From positions 1 through 53,271 of IMG/VR virus record IMGVR_UViG_3300036766_001847: 53,271 bases of DNA. One strand, 5' to 3'. The notes beneath the pieces were generated by a model, which ran no database searches, was not told the DNA's origin, and saw nothing but the letters and a program-made list of their open reading frames with translations. Shown here piece by piece: positions 51,765 to 53,271 of this stretch. This stretch comes from a virus. Taxonomy: Duplodnaviria > Caudoviricetes. Both the position numbers and the translations under genes were made by a program. Position 1 is the first letter of the stretch, and each line of letters opens with the position of its first letter.

Positions 51765-52349
51765 ATGAGGCCAGGGACGGAAGAACCGATGATCTCCGCA
51801 GCGCTCCGCGACCTGCCTCTTGCTGCCGAGGCGGCCGACTACGAGGACGGCGTCGCTTACTGCTCAGGTCCCGAGTGCGATCGGCCGGTGTTTCGTCTAG
51901 GACTGTGCGAGGGGCATTGCAAGCAGCGGCAACGCCAGAAGCCTCTCGCGCCGCTGGCTGAGAAGCTCACCCCGCGCCAGCGGTTCTACGAGGCGATCAC
52001 CGCGTGGGCCGAGTGCGACTCGGGCGACGATGAGGCCTATGCCGAGGCCGAGCGCTCGGTCGAGTACGCGGCCCGCCAGGCGTTCGGGAAGAAGAACGCC
52101 GGCGAGGCGATCCGGAAGGGCATGGCGGCGGCGCGCGCGCGCGGTGTTCGCGTCGGTCGCCCGCCCAAGCTCGCCCAGAAGGAAGCCCAAGCGCTGGTGC
52201 TGAAGACGGGAAGCTTCCGCGCCGCGGCCAAGAAGTTGGGCGTGCACTGGATCACCGTCTGGCGCGCCATTCGCCGCGCCGCGGTTGCGCAAAGCGACCT
52301 TTTGCAATCGCCGCCGAGTGGTCCACGACCGCGGCGAGGATCTCGGTGA
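51765..52349 (+). CDS. Zn-finger plus Hin-like HTH protein, candidate late-gene activator
   Basis: GGAGG SD; CSGPECDRP...GLCEGHC; GMAAARARG..VGRPPKL...SFRAAAKKLGVHWITVWR; last early gene before the late operon. Confidence 0.65.
   Translation: MRPGTEEPMISAALRDLPLAAEAADYEDGVAYCSGPECDRPVFRLGLCEGHCKQRQRQKPLAPLAEKLTPRQRFYEAITAWAECDSGDDEAYAEAERSVEYAARQAFGKKNAGEAIRKGMAAARARGVRVGRPPKLAQKEAQALVLKTGSFRAAAKKLGVHWITVWRAIRRAAVAQSDLLQSPPSGPRPRRGSR
52321..52342 (+). promoter_or_regulatory. Late-module motif, copy 7 (GTCCACG-accgcggcg-AGGATC)
   Basis: Ends 6 nt before ATG 52349 of the HNH gene, the head of the packaging operon. Confidence 0.8.
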
Positions 52350-53218
52350 TGCCGACCGCACCTCCTCACCCATGCGCCCAACCGGGGTGCCCGACGCTGG
52401 TGCCCCGCGGGCATGCGCGGTGCGAGCCGTGCGCCCGCCAGCGGTTCGCTGAAGACCGTGACCGACGCGGGACATCGGCAGGGCGCGGATACGGCGGGCG
52501 CTGGCGCAAGGCACGGTTGCTCTACCTCCTTTCGAACCCGCTCTGCATTCAGTGCGAGGGGTACGGGCGCGTCGTACCCGCAGTTGCCGTCGACCACATC
52601 ACCCCGCACCGCGGCGATCAGGATCTCTTCTGGGATGAGGGCAACTGGCAGCCGCTGTGCCTGAAGTGCCACAACGTCAAGACCGCCACCGAGGACGGCG
52701 GGTTCGGTTCGGCGGCCGTGTTGCCCCCAGGCATGCGGCCTTCCCTCGTTCCGCTCACGGTGGTGGCAGGCGCGCCCGCGAGCGGCAAGAGCACGCTGGT
52801 CCAGGGCGTGGCGGTCGACGGCGACCTGGTCCTCGACCTCGACGCCATCCGGGCACGCCTGTCCGGTCGCCCCATCTACGAGGCGGGAGAGGAGACCTAC
52901 CGGCCCGCAATGGCGGAGCGCAACGCCCAGCTCAAGCAGCTCGGCCACCCTCAGGCCCGCTGGTCCAGGGCGTGGCTCATCGCCTCGGCGCCCTCGCCTG
53001 CCGCCCGGCGCTGGTGGCGCCGGAAGGCGGGCGCGCGCATGGTGGTGATCACCACCCCCCTCGAGACCTGCCTGCAGCGCATCGCCGCCGACCCCCGCCG
53101 GCGGGACAAGGAGCGGCACCTGCGCGCCGCGCGCGAGTGGTGGAGCGCCTACCGGCCAGCACCAGAGGACGAGAGCGACGGCGAGTGGAGGGCACTCCCT
53201 GAGGCCAAGTATGGGTAA
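52346..53218 (+). CDS. Packaging-type HNH endonuclease fused to a P-loop kinase-like domain
   Basis: CAQPGC, RGYGGRW, PLCIQC, VDHITPH, NWQPLC..CHNVKT; then GAPASGKST and DLDAI. Confidence 0.9.
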   Translation: MMPTAPPHPCAQPGCPTLVPRGHARCEPCARQRFAEDRDRRGTSAGRGYGGRWRKARLLYLLSNPLCIQCEGYGRVVPAVAVDHITPHRGDQDLFWDEGNWQPLCLKCHNVKTATEDGGFGSAAVLPPGMRPSLVPLTVVAGAPASGKSTLVQGVAVDGDLVLDLDAIRARLSGRPIYEAGEETYRPAMAERNAQLKQLGHPQARWSRAWLIASAPSPAARRWWRRKAGARMVVITTPLETCLQRIAADPRRRDKERHLRAAREWWSAYRPAPEDESDGEWRALPEAKYG

Positions 53219-53271
53219 GCAGGGATGTGGGTGGGGGGAGTCCACTTCTCAAGGCCCCTCTGGACGAAGAC

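Larger units (their letters stand above)
1..53271. mobile_element. Complete or near-complete temperate HK97-like siphovirus genome, probably infecting Myxococcota
   Basis: Full ordered set of packaging, head, tail, lysis, integration and replication genes. HNH at the right end and terS at the left end are neighbours on the circular map. No host housekeeping genes. Confidence 0.93.

Noticed and set aside
3653-52342. Dispersed 22-bp repeat read as CRISPR repeats or DnaA boxes (CTGTCCACG resembles TTGTCCACA)
   Set aside because: Copies are kilobases apart with no spacer array or cas genes. The fixed second element and the position before late genes fit a promoter better.
51765-52349. Serine recombinase/invertase suggested by the GMAAARARG..GRP motif
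   Set aside because: Only the C-terminal arm and HTH are present; there is no catalytic YxRVS domain and I saw no invertible segment.
1-53271. Genome-wide TAG recoding
   Set aside because: Many clear genes (portal, capsid, tail tube, endolysin) end at TAG at the expected lengths.

Overview
The window appears to be one complete or near-complete ~53 kb temperate siphovirus genome with very high GC (roughly 70% by eye) and an HK97-type head. It is opened between the packaging HNH gene and terS, i.e. at or next to the cos site. The host is probably a myxobacterium (inference from the Mx8-like integrase layout and the DAG/DGG-rich exported proteins). Gene order: terS, terL, intein-containing portal, protease, major capsid, head-tail joining, tail tube, chaperones and tape measure, tail tip, a cassette of exported Cys-rich proteins around an ECF-type sigma factor, lysis genes with small cargo genes, a tRNA-like RNA and terminator. 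Then a leftward early operon (HerA-like ATPase, ParB/MT-A70 methylase), a divergent control region with an RHH regulator, two Xis-like genes, a tyrosine integrase that appears to contain attP, a DNA-modification cluster (C5 MTase, Mom-like, Dam-like, DUF5131), a replication initiator with iterons, a broken RusA, an HTH protein and an HNH/P-loop fusion. The most unusual signals are: a conserved 22-bp motif (GTCCACG-N9-AGGATG) in front of seven late modules; a tRNA scaffold whose anticodon loop is replaced by a 28-nt hairpin; the ECF-sigma/exported-protein cassette; poly-G tracts at two adenine methylase genes; and an amber-interrupted gene beside an Acb2/Tad1-like hairpin protein in the lysis region. 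Family calls come from motif recognition only, and no searches were run. A few apparent frameshifts suggest some sequence errors or decay, so single-base anomalies need read-level confirmation.
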